From contig JBGAJQ010000009.1 in NCBI GenBank assembly GCA_044224875.1, forward strand, positions 1-64,000: a stretch of DNA of 64,000 nucleotides. Reading direction: 5' to 3'. This DNA is from Gemmatimonadaceae bacterium. GTDB lineage: Bacteria; Gemmatimonadota; Gemmatimonadetes; Gemmatimonadales; Gemmatimonadaceae. The notes under the pieces are model-generated. The model did not search any database. It was not told where the DNA came from and saw nothing but the letters and a program-made list of their open reading frames with translations. Every line of letters starts with the position of its first letter. Within the stretch, counting starts at the first letter, position 1. Shown one piece after another: positions 1 through 9,648 of this stretch. A program made the position numbers and the translations under genes.

Positions 1-370
1 TGTAGGCGACCGACAGGCCGATGATGGCGTCGATGAGGAATGCACTCGCGCGAATCTCGGTCAACACGCCCGTGATGAGCGTGAGCGAGTGCCCCAACGC
101 AAACAGCGTTACATACAGAGCCACATCGCGCAGCTTGTACAGGAAGAAGATCACACCCAGCAGGAACAACAGGTGATCGTAGCCGGTCACCATGTGCTTG
201 GCGCCGAGGTAGGCGAATGGAATCAGCAGTCGGCCGGAAACTTCCTGGAGGTATCCCTTGTCCCCCGCCGTGACGCCGTGGGCGAACGCCTCGAGCGGAA
301 GCAGAAGCATCAAGACGATCGTTAGGCCGATGGCGAACGGCATCCGGAGTCGAAGCATGTCGGCGCGCAT
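1..370 (-). CDS. HupE/UreJ family metal transporter-like membrane protein (runs off the window)
   Basis: Manual translation from ATG at 370: MRADMLRLR...AFAHGV...YLGAKHMVTGYDHLLFLLGVIFF...FALGHSLTL. GxDH and GHSxTL motifs present. Directly follows the czcA stop. Not in the ORF track. Confidence 0.85.
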   Translation of the reverse strand, partial: MRADMLRLRMPFAIGLTIVLMLLLPLEAFAHGVTAGDKGYLQEVSGRLLIPFAYLGAKHMVTGYDHLLFLLGVIFFLYKLRDVALYVTLFALGHSLTLITGVLTEIRASAFLIDAIIGLSVAY

Positions 371-3300
371 TCAGACGGTCCGTGGTGCGAGGCCGTACGG
401 GACCGGCATGTCCTGTAACTCGAGTTCGTAACGCTCCCGTTCCGATGCGATGACGTCTTTGCCGAGCAGCCAGCACAGCGCTGGCAGGACGATCATGTTG
501 AGCGCCGTCGCGGAGAGGAGGCCGCCAAGGATCACTATGGCCATGGGTGTCTGCAGTTCGTTGCCGGGTTCACCGCCTCCGATCGCCAATGGAACGAGAG
601 CCAGTCCGGCAGTGAGCGCGGTCATGAGAATGGGAGCGAGCCTCTCGAGCGAGCCGCGTACGATCGCCTCGTGGAAACTCACGCCTTCCTGAATAAGGTG
701 GCGGTAGTGAGAGACGAGCAGGATACCATTGCGGGTGGCGATCCCGAAGAGGGTCACGAATCCGACCAGGGACGCGATGCTCACGACTCCACTCGTGAAC
801 CTTACGGCGAGCACGCCGCCGATGAGCGCGAGCGGAAGGTTTGCCATGACTACCGCAGCGGTGCGAGCGGATCGGAACTCGGCGTACAGAAGCAGAAATA
901 TCGTGGCGATCGAAAGCATCGAGAGAAGCAGGATTGTACGCGTCGACTGTTCCTGCGCCTCGAACTGACCTCCGTACTCGACGTGGTAACCGTCAGGCAG
1001 TGTCACACGGTCGGCGACGACCCGGCGGATCTCGGCCACCGTACTCCCGAGATCGCGGCCGGCGACGTTGGCCTGCACCACGATCTTCCGCTGCACGTTC
1101 TCACGGGAGATTGTGTTTGGTCCGGGCTCGATCGTCACGCGCGCGAGCTGTGACAACGGCGCGCGCACACCGGACGGAGTGTCGAGCACCACATTGGCGA
1201 TGGCGGTCGCGTTGGCGCGCAGGCTGTCGGGGAACCTGACGACGAGGTCGTGGCTCCGGCCCGACTCGAGCACTTGCGACACGACCTCGCCGTTGAACGC
1301 GATGTCGATTGCCTTCGCGAGAGCGCCCACACTCATTCCGTGGCGGGCGAGTGCGCCGCGATCCGCGAGAATCCGCAGCTGCGGGACATCCAGTTGCTGC
1401 TCGAGCTGGAGGTCGGCAATGCCGGGAACAGCTTGCATCGCCTCGCGCACATTCCCGCCGACCTGGCGCAGTTCGTACAGATCAGGTCCAAAGATCTTCA
1501 CCGCGATGTTGGCCCGTGTGCCCGACAGCATGTGATCGATGCGGTGACCGATGGGCTGGCCGATGGTGACGCTGGTGCCGGGAATCGCGGAGAACTCGCG
1601 TCGGAGTTCTTCGAATGTCGTTTCCTTGTCGACGTCTGCCTCAAGCGTCGCATCGATCTCGGCGGCGTTTACACCCTGCGCGTGTTCGTCGAGCTCCGCG
1701 CGTCCCTGGCGCCGATCGGTGTTCCGGACGCTGGGATGCGCCAGCAGGATCTCCTCAACGCGGCGCCCTATTGAATTCGACTCGTCGAGCGATGTTCCCG
1801 GAACTGTGACGACGGAAATGGTCAGCGAGCCTTCGTTGAATTCCGGAAGAAATGCCGATCCCAGCGTGGGCGTGATAGCTATCGCCATGATGAGAACGGC
1901 GAGTGCTGCCCCGATCACCTGCCGCGGATACACAATCACGCGCTCTACCAGCGCGCCGTAATACTTCTTCAGCCAGACGACGACGCGACTCTCCTCTTCC
2001 CTGGTGACAGCCGGCGACGTTGGCAGGAGGTAGCTACACAGAACCGGCGTCACCGATACCGCAACGACGAGGGACGCGAGGATCGAAACAACATAGGCGA
2101 TGCCCAGTGGCCGCAGGAGCCGGCCTTCGACGCCGCCCAGAAAGAACAGCGGCAGGAACACGACGATGATGATCAGCGTGGCGTTGACGATCGAGGCACG
2201 AATCTCCCGCGATGCCTCGTAGGTGACCGCCAGCGCTGACCGGCGCTGTCCGGCCGGGAGGTGATGGTTCTCCTTTAATCGCCGGAAGACGTTCTCTACA
2301 TCAATGATAGCGTCATCGACCAGCGCGCCGATGGCAATCGCCATGCCGCCCAGCGTCATCGTGTTGATGGTGATGCCTAACAATTTCATTGCGAAGATCG
2401 CAACCACCAGAGACAGCGGGATGGCTACCAGGGAGATGGATGTGGCGCGGAGGTTCCACAGGAACAGAAGCAGGATCACGATGACGAAAATCGCCCCGTC
2501 CCGCAGCGCTCGCAGCACGTTCCGGATCGCTACCGAGATGAAGTCCGCCTGCCGGAAAAGCTCCATGTGAACCTTCATGCTGGCGGGCAAGATCAACTGG
2601 ATGGCGTTTAATTCTGTTGTAATGCGTTGCGTGAGCTCGAGCGTGTTCACTCCCGGCTGTTTCTGGACCGCGAGCACCACGCCAGGCACGGCGTCGACCG
2701 ACCCGTCGCCAAACTTCGGGGCGCCACCGATACGCACGTCCGCGACCTGCGACATCGTCACCGGAATACCGCCACGGACGGCGACGAGCGTAGCCGCGAT
2801 GTCATCGACGGTCTGCACGCGACCGATGCCACGAATGACGTACTCCTGCCCACGGTCCATGTAAACGCCGCCGGACGCGTTCGCATTCGATCCACGCGCG
2901 GCGCGCACGACCTCCTCCAGCGTTACGCCAGCGGCCAGCATGCGCGCCGGATGCGCAATGACCTGATATTGCCGAACTTCGCCTCCGATTGGGACCACCT
3001 GCGCGACCCCGGGTACCGCGAGCAATCGCCGCCGAATCGTCCAGTCGGCGACAATCCTGAGCTCCTGCGGCGCCTGCGGACCGGTCAGTCCGATCATCAT
3101 GATTTCGCCCATGACGCTCGAGATCGGGGCGAGCAGCGGTGCGGCCACGCCCTCCGGCAAGTCCGCGGTGACGGCTTGCAGTTTTTCGGAAACAATCTGT
3201 CGGGCGCGAAAAATGTCCGTTCCCCAGTCGAACTCCACCCAGACGACAGAGATGCCCTGAGCCGTGGAGGATCTAACCCGTCTCACGCCTGTTGCTCCGT

Positions 3301-3520
3301 TGACGGCCGTCTCTATCGGGAACGAGACCAGTGCTTCCACTTCTTCTGGCGCCATACCGTGCGCCTCGGTGAGCACGGTGACCGTGGGTGCAGTGAGATC
3401 AGGAAACACGTCCACCGGCATGCGAAGCGCCGTCCACGTGCCAGCCGCGAGCAGCAGGGCGGCCGCGGCGAGCACGAAGGCCCGGTTTCTGAGCGACCAC
3501 GCGATAAAGCGATTCAGCAT
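371..3520 (-). CDS. czcA: CusA/CzcA family heavy-metal efflux RND permease
   Basis: 1049 aa; PVDVFPD N-terminus, AIGALVDDAIIDVEN in TM4, RLAPILMTAL near the C-terminus. Confidence 0.93.
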   Translation of the reverse strand: MLNRFIAWSLRNRAFVLAAAALLLAAGTWTALRMPVDVFPDLTAPTVTVLTEAHGMAPEEVEALVSFPIETAVNGATGVRRVRSSTAQGISVVWVEFDWGTDIFRARQIVSEKLQAVTADLPEGVAAPLLAPISSVMGEIMMIGLTGPQAPQELRIVADWTIRRRLLAVPGVAQVVPIGGEVRQYQVIAHPARMLAAGVTLEEVVRAARGSNANASGGVYMDRGQEYVIRGIGRVQTVDDIAATLVAVRGGIPVTMSQVADVRIGGAPKFGDGSVDAVPGVVLAVQKQPGVNTLELTQRITTELNAIQLILPASMKVHMELFRQADFISVAIRNVLRALRDGAIFVIVILLLFLWNLRATSISLVAIPLSLVVAIFAMKLLGITINTMTLGGMAIAIGALVDDAIIDVENVFRRLKENHHLPAGQRRSALAVTYEASREIRASIVNATLIIIVVFLPLFFLGGVEGRLLRPLGIAYVVSILASLVVAVSVTPVLCSYLLPTSPAVTREEESRVVVWLKKYYGALVERVIVYPRQVIGAALAVLIMAIAITPTLGSAFLPEFNEGSLTISVVTVPGTSLDESNSIGRRVEEILLAHPSVRNTDRRQGRAELDEHAQGVNAAEIDATLEADVDKETTFEELRREFSAIPGTSVTIGQPIGHRIDHMLSGTRANIAVKIFGPDLYELRQVGGNVREAMQAVPGIADLQLEQQLDVPQLRILADRGALARHGMSVGALAKAIDIAFNGEVVSQVLESGRSHDLVVRFPDSLRANATAIANVVLDTPSGVRAPLSQLARVTIEPGPNTISRENVQRKIVVQANVAGRDLGSTVAEIRRVVADRVTLPDGYHVEYGGQFEAQEQSTRTILLLSMLSIATIFLLLYAEFRSARTAAVVMANLPLALIGGVLAVRFTSGVVSIASLVGFVTLFGIATRNGILLVSHYRHLIQEGVSFHEAIVRGSLERLAPILMTALTAGLALVPLAIGGGEPGNELQTPMAIVILGGLLSATALNMIVLPALCWLLGKDVIASERERYELELQDMPVPYGLAPRTV

Positions 3521-3532
3521 GGGCGCCCCTCC

Positions 3533-5023
3533 TCAGTGCTCATGGCCATGAACAGGCACGCTCGTCGAGAGCGATGCGAGGCGCACCTGATAAGCACTTC
3601 CGGTTACGATGCGCTCGCCGGCGCTCAGGCCCGCCCTCACGAGAACGTGCTCGCTCGTCCGAGGCCCGAGCTGGACAGCACGCTTCTCGAACGTTTCTCC
3701 TTCCCGCTGCACGAAAATGATCGGACGGCCGTTCTCCTCAATGATCGCCGACGCCGGAACCACCACGCCGCTTTCCGGCGTCCCGGTTCTCACGGTGACC
3801 GCAGCCAACGCGCCGATCCTGATGCGTCCGTCGGGATTGGCAACCTGATAAATGACGGGCAATGTCCGCGACACCGGATCGATGACGCTCCCTATCGAGA
3901 CGACGGCACGCGTGTCGCGCCAGCGATCATCGCCATCGATCATGAACGTGGCACCGGTACCGCGGCCGATCTGCGTTGCCATCGGCGCCGCGACGTTCGC
4001 CGTCAGCCAGACAACGGACGGATCGACGACGGTGAACAGAACCGAACCCGCGTCAACGCGACTACCGGGAGTGAGGTGACGGCTTCCGATGACACCAGCG
4101 AGCGGTGACCGTATTGCGATGCGTCCGTCGGTCGCGATGTTGCCAAACCCGGCAAGCGCTTCCTTCGCCGCAGCCAGCCGGATCTCTGCTTCGCGCAGTC
4201 GTCGTGCGGGCGCTGCTTCGGCCTCGATCAGCCGGCGAGCCCGGTCGTGTTCCTCCTCCGCTTCGCGCAGGCGGGCCCGCGCTTCGGCGTAGGCGGCGCT
4301 GCCACCTTCGCCTAACGAAGGTACGAGCCAGGCCAGTACCTGGCCGCGGGCCACACGGCTGCCCGGTATCGGGGACGAGGACAGGCCACTCGGATCCACC
4401 AGTCCGCCTGCTGTCGCGGCGACTTCCGCATAACGGCCGGCCGCCGGTCCAATCACGCCTGGAGCGCTGAACGTGCCGGACAGAGTTCCAGTCGTAGCGA
4501 ACGCCGTGCTGAATCCGGGAGTCTTCCACTGTTGCTCCTTCAGGAACGAAATGCCCTCGTCGCCGGCACCGTCTTCACGTGGCGCTTCTTCGGCGCTTGC
4601 ATATACGCGAAGCTCAGGCACCGCAATGCTGTCACGAGCCTGCGGACTATCGACGAGAATCGTCAGCTCGTACACCCCCGGCGCAGTGAATCGCGGTGCG
4701 GGACCATAAATGCCGGGGGCACGCGGTACATCCTGCGTCACGATGAGCGGTGCGCCTCCAGCGCGCGGCTGGAATCGAAGGGTGATCCTGCCGGAGCGTA
4801 ACGGCGCGAAATCGGTCAGGTCGGTCAGGTGCACCGCAAACTTGCCCGAGTCGCCAACGATGAGAGCCGGGTGTTCCATGAACAGCTCGGTGGAATCCGT
4901 CCAGATCGTGATCGCTCCGCCCGCCAGCTCGCTCTCAGCTTCGGCTACATCGCGTTGGCGGCATCCCGGACTGACGAGCAGAAGAGCGCCCAAGGCGCCT
5001 AGCGTCGTTAGGTACCTGGTCAT
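3533..5023 (-). CDS. czcB: RND efflux periplasmic adaptor (CzcB-like lipoprotein)
   Basis: Lipobox-like SPGC, IRSPLAGVI barrel-sandwich motif, C-terminal HGHEH; lies between TolC and the RND permease. Confidence 0.88.
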   Translation of the reverse strand: MTRYLTTLGALGALLLVSPGCRQRDVAEAESELAGGAITIWTDSTELFMEHPALIVGDSGKFAVHLTDLTDFAPLRSGRITLRFQPRAGGAPLIVTQDVPRAPGIYGPAPRFTAPGVYELTILVDSPQARDSIAVPELRVYASAEEAPREDGAGDEGISFLKEQQWKTPGFSTAFATTGTLSGTFSAPGVIGPAAGRYAEVAATAGGLVDPSGLSSSPIPGSRVARGQVLAWLVPSLGEGGSAAYAEARARLREAEEEHDRARRLIEAEAAPARRLREAEIRLAAAKEALAGFGNIATDGRIAIRSPLAGVIGSRHLTPGSRVDAGSVLFTVVDPSVVWLTANVAAPMATQIGRGTGATFMIDGDDRWRDTRAVVSIGSVIDPVSRTLPVIYQVANPDGRIRIGALAAVTVRTGTPESGVVVPASAIIEENGRPIIFVQREGETFEKRAVQLGPRTSEHVLVRAGLSAGERIVTGSAYQVRLASLSTSVPVHGHEH

Positions 5024-6348
5024 TCTGAACTCCGCTCCGGCATGCTGGCACCGGCAGTGATTGGTCCAGCGAGTCCGAGGGCGTGATCGAGTGCCGCCCT
5101 GCGAATCATGGTCTGGGCGCGGAGGTCAATGACCGTCGCTTCGGCCTCCTGGTAAGCCCGTACGGCGTCAAGCCATTCCACGAGTGTGATCTCCCCTTCG
5201 GACCATGCTACCTGCACGGCGTTCAAAGATCGCGTCGCCGACTCACCGAGTTCGTCGCGCAGCGATTGAAGTGCCTGATCCGCGGCTCGCCAGGCTTCGT
5301 AAGTCTCCGCGACTTCGCGAGCAATCCGGCGCCGCATCGCGGTGGTTTCTGCAGATCGCCGCGACGCTTCCGCGCCCGTTGCCGCAATCTCTCCCGCCCT
5401 GCGATCCCAGATTGGCGCGGGGAGCGAGAGGCCGATGACGAACCCGCGACCAGACGCCGCGCTCGCCTCATCGCGTTCGCTCTTGAAGCCCAGTGTCAGT
5501 GCCGGCAGTGGAACCCGGCTGGCCACGACGCCGCGCGCGTCCGACCGGGCAGCCGCCTCCTCGAATTCCACCGCTCTGAGATCGCCGCGATTTCGCACCG
5601 CCAGGGCGATGAGGGAGTCCAACGCAAGCCCTGAAGCGGAAGTCGTTAGGTGCAAGGAGTCAGTTAATTCTACCGCTATGGTAGCAATGGAATCCGGTGA
5701 TCGACTGACGAGGGCTGCCAACATCAGCGAGGTGGTTCGCGCCTCCAGCTGTTCGGCCGCACGGACCGTCGCATAGCGCGCGGCCTCCAGTCGGATTCTG
5801 CGATTGGCGTAGCCGGATGCGTCTCCCGCCGCCAGCTGGCGAGAGCTCACGTCTACCGCTCGAGTGAAAATTCCCGTGGCCCGATCTGCGAGCCGCAGTC
5901 GCTGCTGCGCGGCGACTGCCTGGGCATAGGCGCGAGTCGCTTCGAAGGCGATCTGAGCGCGGAGCGCCGTCAGTCGCCCTTCGGCAGCTCGCTCGCGCAG
6001 TCGCGAGGAAGTGATGCGAGCCGAGCGGATTCCCCCGAGCTCGATCGGCTGCTCAAGTGCGACGATGTCCTGGGAAGTTCCGAAACCGCCGGCGGAGGTC
6101 TGCTCGCGCCCGTACGAGAGAATCGGGTTCGCTCGCGCTCCTGCCTGACGAGTGCGGCCTGTCGCGGCAGCCACAGCGTATTCGGCGGCCCGGGCGTCGG
6201 CACTCTCCGTCCACGCGGCCGCGATTGCGTCGGAAAGACTGAGACGGACAGAAGGTTGAGATTGTGCGGCGGACGGACGCGCGGCCACCAGAATTGGCAG
6301 GACCGCTAACCAGATGGCTTTAGCGCGCACGCAAGATGGAATTGACAT
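5020..6348 (-). CDS. czcC: TolC family outer-membrane factor (CzcC-like)
   Basis: Signal peptide, QPIELGG and GEITLVEWLDA OEP motifs; 4-bp overlap with the adaptor gene. Confidence 0.88.
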   Translation of the reverse strand: MSIPSCVRAKAIWLAVLPILVAARPSAAQSQPSVRLSLSDAIAAAWTESADARAAEYAVAAATGRTRQAGARANPILSYGREQTSAGGFGTSQDIVALEQPIELGGIRSARITSSRLRERAAEGRLTALRAQIAFEATRAYAQAVAAQQRLRLADRATGIFTRAVDVSSRQLAAGDASGYANRRIRLEAARYATVRAAEQLEARTTSLMLAALVSRSPDSIATIAVELTDSLHLTTSASGLALDSLIALAVRNRGDLRAVEFEEAAARSDARGVVASRVPLPALTLGFKSERDEASAASGRGFVIGLSLPAPIWDRRAGEIAATGAEASRRSAETTAMRRRIAREVAETYEAWRAADQALQSLRDELGESATRSLNAVQVAWSEGEITLVEWLDAVRAYQEAEATVIDLRAQTMIRRAALDHALGLAGPITAGASMPERSSE

Positions 6349-6496
6349 TCACGACCCCGGGTCGGCCGGCGGTGGCGCCCCTCGCAATGAGGGGATTGGC
6401 GCCTAACGCCTGAGTAGACTGTTTGCGCCGCAAGCCGAAACTGCCGGCGAGCGTGCACGGGTACGCGCGTACTTTCCCTGACTCGGGAGTACGCGT

Positions 6497-6907
6497 TCAG
6501 TCGCTGTTGCCGGGGGGACCGCGCAGGTGAGGGGGAGGCGCGTGGGCCCCGTGCGCTTTTATCCGCTGGTAGGCAAACGGAATGCGCGGGTCGGTGTCGG
6601 ACGCCGCTAGCGGGAGATCGATGGCCCGTGCTACCGTCGGGAGCCCCCCAACGTCTTGTTTGCCGCGCCCACCAGCGCCCAGGGTCGGATGCTGATGGTC
6701 TTCTCCGTGCGATGAAGCGTCCGAAAAAGCGGGTACCAGGGCATCGCTGGTTGGCGATGAAGCGGCTGCTTCGTCCACGTGATGCGACGCGTGCTTGCTT
6801 ATCGCGGCATGATCAAGCCCATGTGCGACCGACAACCCGGGAATGGCGAATGCCGCCGGGACCGCCAGCAGTGTGGCAAGTAGTCGGGACCGCGTTCGGC
6901 GCTTCAC
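6497..6907 (-). CDS. His-rich exported leader protein with C-terminal RGPP (DUF2946/CzcI-like)
   Basis: GTG start gives a basic-hydrophobic signal (KRRTRSRLLATLLAVPAAFAIPGLSVA), His clusters and the ending PPPHLRGPPGNSD; directly upstream of czcC. Confidence 0.7.
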   Translation of the reverse strand: MKRRTRSRLLATLLAVPAAFAIPGLSVAHGLDHAAISKHASHHVDEAAASSPTSDALVPAFSDASSHGEDHQHPTLGAGGRGKQDVGGLPTVARAIDLPLAASDTDPRIPFAYQRIKAHGAHAPPPHLRGPPGNSD

Positions 6908-7146
6908 GCAGCGAATGTAGCTGCTTTCGCGAGCCGATGGGAAGGAGGAATCGCTCTCGGAGGACTTGAACGGGGCACTGGTTGATTGCGTGAAGCTGGT
7001 TCGCAGCTTCGAAGATCCCGCCAATTATCGACTTCGAACCTGCACAACTTCCGGGTCTGACCAGGAGTGCCGCCGTCCGAGACTCGGCGTACCCTATCGG
7101 GCGGCAGCCCTGCCACATTGGTGACAGCGTCTCGCTGATTCCCGCT

Positions 7147-7173
7147 GGTAGACATGGGGACATTGGGGACGTT
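7147..7173. repeat. GGGGAC-type 9-bp tandem repeats (left array)
   Basis: GGTAGACAT-GGGGACATT-GGGGACGTT, immediately beyond the recombinase stop. Confidence 0.7.
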
Positions 7174-7181
7174 GTATCGGA

Positions 7182-8798
7182 TCAGGCAGCTCGCGAAGGT
7201 GATTTCAATGTCGCCTCCACATCCCTTCTCAACTCGACGAGCTCGATGAAATGGTCCATACTTAGGTTCGAACTATCGAACCGGAGGTTCACCTCAGGAG
7301 AATTCAGGGCAGTCGAGGGCGTGGTGAGGGCGAAGATCGGCCCCAGTTTTGTGGTTCGAACTCCGACCGCAGCGTCGAAGTAAACGCCCTCGGGCAGTAT
7401 GAACCGTTCCAACCGCGCCCGAGCGGCGAGAGGAAAACTGCTCCACATGGCAGCGACAGACGAAGTGGCCCAACGTAGCGCGCTAATGATCTCGTCGAGT
7501 GTTGCGGTCGAGCGCGTCGGGGTCAACTGCTGTTTCAGAGCGTTGAGTTTGGAGTCGACAGCTCGCAAACGTTCCTCGAATATGTCCTTCGAGTAGGTAC
7601 GATCTTCGCGCATCTCAAAAATGCGGTTGCGGCGCTCGGTTAACTCTGCGATCGCGGCGTCAGCATTCGCGACAGAACTGGCGCTCTTGGCTGCTCGCTC
7701 CTGCCAGAATTCCCGAATGTCCGCTTCCAGAACCTGAAGCGCTGTTTCACTTGGCGTGATATCGCTGATAAACCGATCGAATGCATCGTGCAGTACTTCG
7801 CTTCTGATCCGTTTCGTGCGAAGTCGACATTCGGCTCGGCTGCAGAAGTAATACGCGTAATGACCGCCATTGCCCCGTGACACGGCTCCGGTGAGTGATC
7901 GAGTGCAGATGTGACAGCGAACTGTGCGACGCAACGGGAATAGCGGGTTGAAGCGGTCTTTTCGAAGGTGGTGGGCTCGAGCCCTTCCAGATCGGGCGAG
8001 CCCGATGCGTTCGGCTGTGATACGATCGATCATCGGAACATGCAGCCCCTCGTGAGGGGCTGAAGTCCATGGATCAATCAACACCCCGGCATAGAACGTG
8101 AGATACTGTCCAAGGATACGATCGACCAATTGCATGCTTGTGCGCTTCCGACGCAGCGCAGCCAATCCCCAGGCGTCCATCTGGTCACGAAGCTGTGCGA
8201 GTGACTGCACCTCGCCCCCAGCGTACGCTCGAAGAGCGCGCTGGATTATTGGAAAGACCTGCGCATCTGGAAGATCTGGTTGGGTCTTCTTCTCTCCGCG
8301 CTTCTTGTGATTCGCGCATGCATAGCCCAACGGAGCCTTAAAAGGCCAAATGCCTTGGCGGATGCGAGAGACCATACCATCGGTGCACCGTTGCCGACGA
8401 ATCGCGTTATCAAATTCAGCGCTCGCGGCGAGCATGGTTTCGACGAACTTCTCCGTCGGACTATTGCCGATTGGCTCCGTCACCGAGTGAAGCCGGACAC
8501 CGTTCTGCGTCAAAACGCGACGGATGTAGAAATGATCCTCTGTGTTACGCGCAAGGCGATCAACCTTTGCGACCACGAAGGCTCCGATCTGGTTCCGCTG
8601 CTTCCGGCACAACTCAAGCGCCTGCAACAGCGCGGTGCGATCGGCCGTCTTTGCCGACTCTCCCTCCTCCGTAAAGACGCTCAAGACGTCAATGCCGTGT
8701 TGGACACAGTAATTGCGGCAAATGTCTTCCTGGAACGCAAGTGAGGTTCCGGAAACCTGTTCCTCACTACTAACACGTACATAAATAATTCCCTTCAT
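7182..8798 (-). CDS. Large serine recombinase (resolvase, recombinase and zinc-ribbon domains)
   Basis: Start MKGIIYVRVSSEEQ (catalytic Ser), VAKVDRLAR, APLGY, CxxC...YYFC...C zinc ribbon and coiled coil. The true start is probably ATG 8798 rather than 9101. Confidence 0.92.
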   Translation of the reverse strand: MKGIIYVRVSSEEQVSGTSLAFQEDICRNYCVQHGIDVLSVFTEEGESAKTADRTALLQALELCRKQRNQIGAFVVAKVDRLARNTEDHFYIRRVLTQNGVRLHSVTEPIGNSPTEKFVETMLAASAEFDNAIRRQRCTDGMVSRIRQGIWPFKAPLGYACANHKKRGEKKTQPDLPDAQVFPIIQRALRAYAGGEVQSLAQLRDQMDAWGLAALRRKRTSMQLVDRILGQYLTFYAGVLIDPWTSAPHEGLHVPMIDRITAERIGLARSGRARAHHLRKDRFNPLFPLRRTVRCHICTRSLTGAVSRGNGGHYAYYFCSRAECRLRTKRIRSEVLHDAFDRFISDITPSETALQVLEADIREFWQERAAKSASSVANADAAIAELTERRNRIFEMREDRTYSKDIFEERLRAVDSKLNALKQQLTPTRSTATLDEIISALRWATSSVAAMWSSFPLAARARLERFILPEGVYFDAAVGVRTTKLGPIFALTTPSTALNSPEVNLRFDSSNLSMDHFIELVELRRDVEATLKSPSRAA

Positions 8799-8832
8799 TT
8801 GTTGGTCAGTATCCCACGGACTAAAACGGACA

Positions 8833-9018
8833 TCAAGCGCGGCCGCTGCGAAACCGGTCTCGCCTCGTGGGCTCCGCCTCGTCTGCCGCTCTTGAAGATT
8901 CGTAGGCCTCGAATGCAAACTCGACCCAGCGCCGGCAGTCATCACGAATTGCCAACGCTTCCGCGTCACTGAGATGAGGTCTCCCGACAAGTTCTCGAAT
9001 TCGCTGGGCTGATAGCAT
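8833..9018 (-). CDS. Small helical protein upstream of the recombinase
   Basis: MLSAQRIRELVGRPHLSDAEALAIRDDCRRWVEFAFEAY; co-oriented and 34 bp before the recombinase start. Confidence 0.55.
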   Translation of the reverse strand: MLSAQRIRELVGRPHLSDAEALAIRDDCRRWVEFAFEAYESSRAADEAEPTRRDRFRSGRA

Positions 9019-9099
9019 GGCGGCATCATACGCCCAACGACAAAGCTGCAAAGACTGAACAACCTGGCGCCAGCGAGGAAGTCGCGCGTGGTCCTATGC

Positions 9100-9124
9100 A
9101 AAAAGCTCTGTCATAGACAGAGCT
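9100..9124 (-). terminator. Probable Rho-independent terminator
   Basis: AGCTCTGTC-ATA-GACAGAGCT hairpin followed by a T run on the minus strand, downstream of ORF 9149-9394. Confidence 0.55.
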
Positions 9125-9148
9125 CTTCCCGATTCAATAGAAGGAAAC

Positions 9149-9394
9149 TTACGCGTCCTCAACCGAGATTCCCGAAATCTGCTCGCAAGCGTTCTTGAAG
9201 CAGATTACTGAAACAGGTTTTCCACTCTGGATTCGATCGACGCGTAGGTACCCGTCATGCGTATCAACGACGCGAACCACGTCGCGATACGTCCAATCGA
9301 AGTCGCCACGTTCGTGTTGTTGATGCCTCGCGAGTCCCCAATTGAGCCGAGCGTGAGGACGGAATGTGATCTCCCTCGTGAGCTTCTCTGGCAT
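9149..9394 (-). CDS. Hypothetical protein (81 aa)
   Basis: ATG preceded by AGGAG; followed by a terminator; no recognised motif. Confidence 0.45.
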   Translation of the reverse strand: MPEKLTREITFRPHARLNWGLARHQQHERGDFDWTYRDVVRVVDTHDGYLRVDRIQSGKPVSVICFKNACEQISGISVEDA

Positions 9395-9648
9395 CCTATT
9401 CTCCTGGTAGCAGGTAAGAAATTCGCGAATCCCTCGTGAACTTCTGACTGCCACTCGGAGAGCATTGTAGAACACTCCTGTTCCTTTGTAGCATACTTCC
9501 GCAGAACTGTCAACTCACTCGTCGTTAGGCCGCCAGAGTGGTGCTATGGTGGTAACGCTGGCCTGTCCTTCAGGAACAAAGAGCGAGTGGGCTTTGTCGC
9601 TGTATTTGACCGTCTCGACAAAGCGCGCTGCCGGCTTACGATGACTGA

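Noticed and set aside
2627..4108. Long antisense ORFs (also 24191-25330, 37241-38308, 57687-58670, 59844-61103)
   Set aside because: Shadow frames of real genes in GC-rich DNA; Arg/His-rich with no motifs.
7025..7070. tRNA-like GCAGGTTCGAA on the minus strand
   Set aside because: The T-stem does not close and no cloverleaf forms; does not match the tRNA-Asn att.
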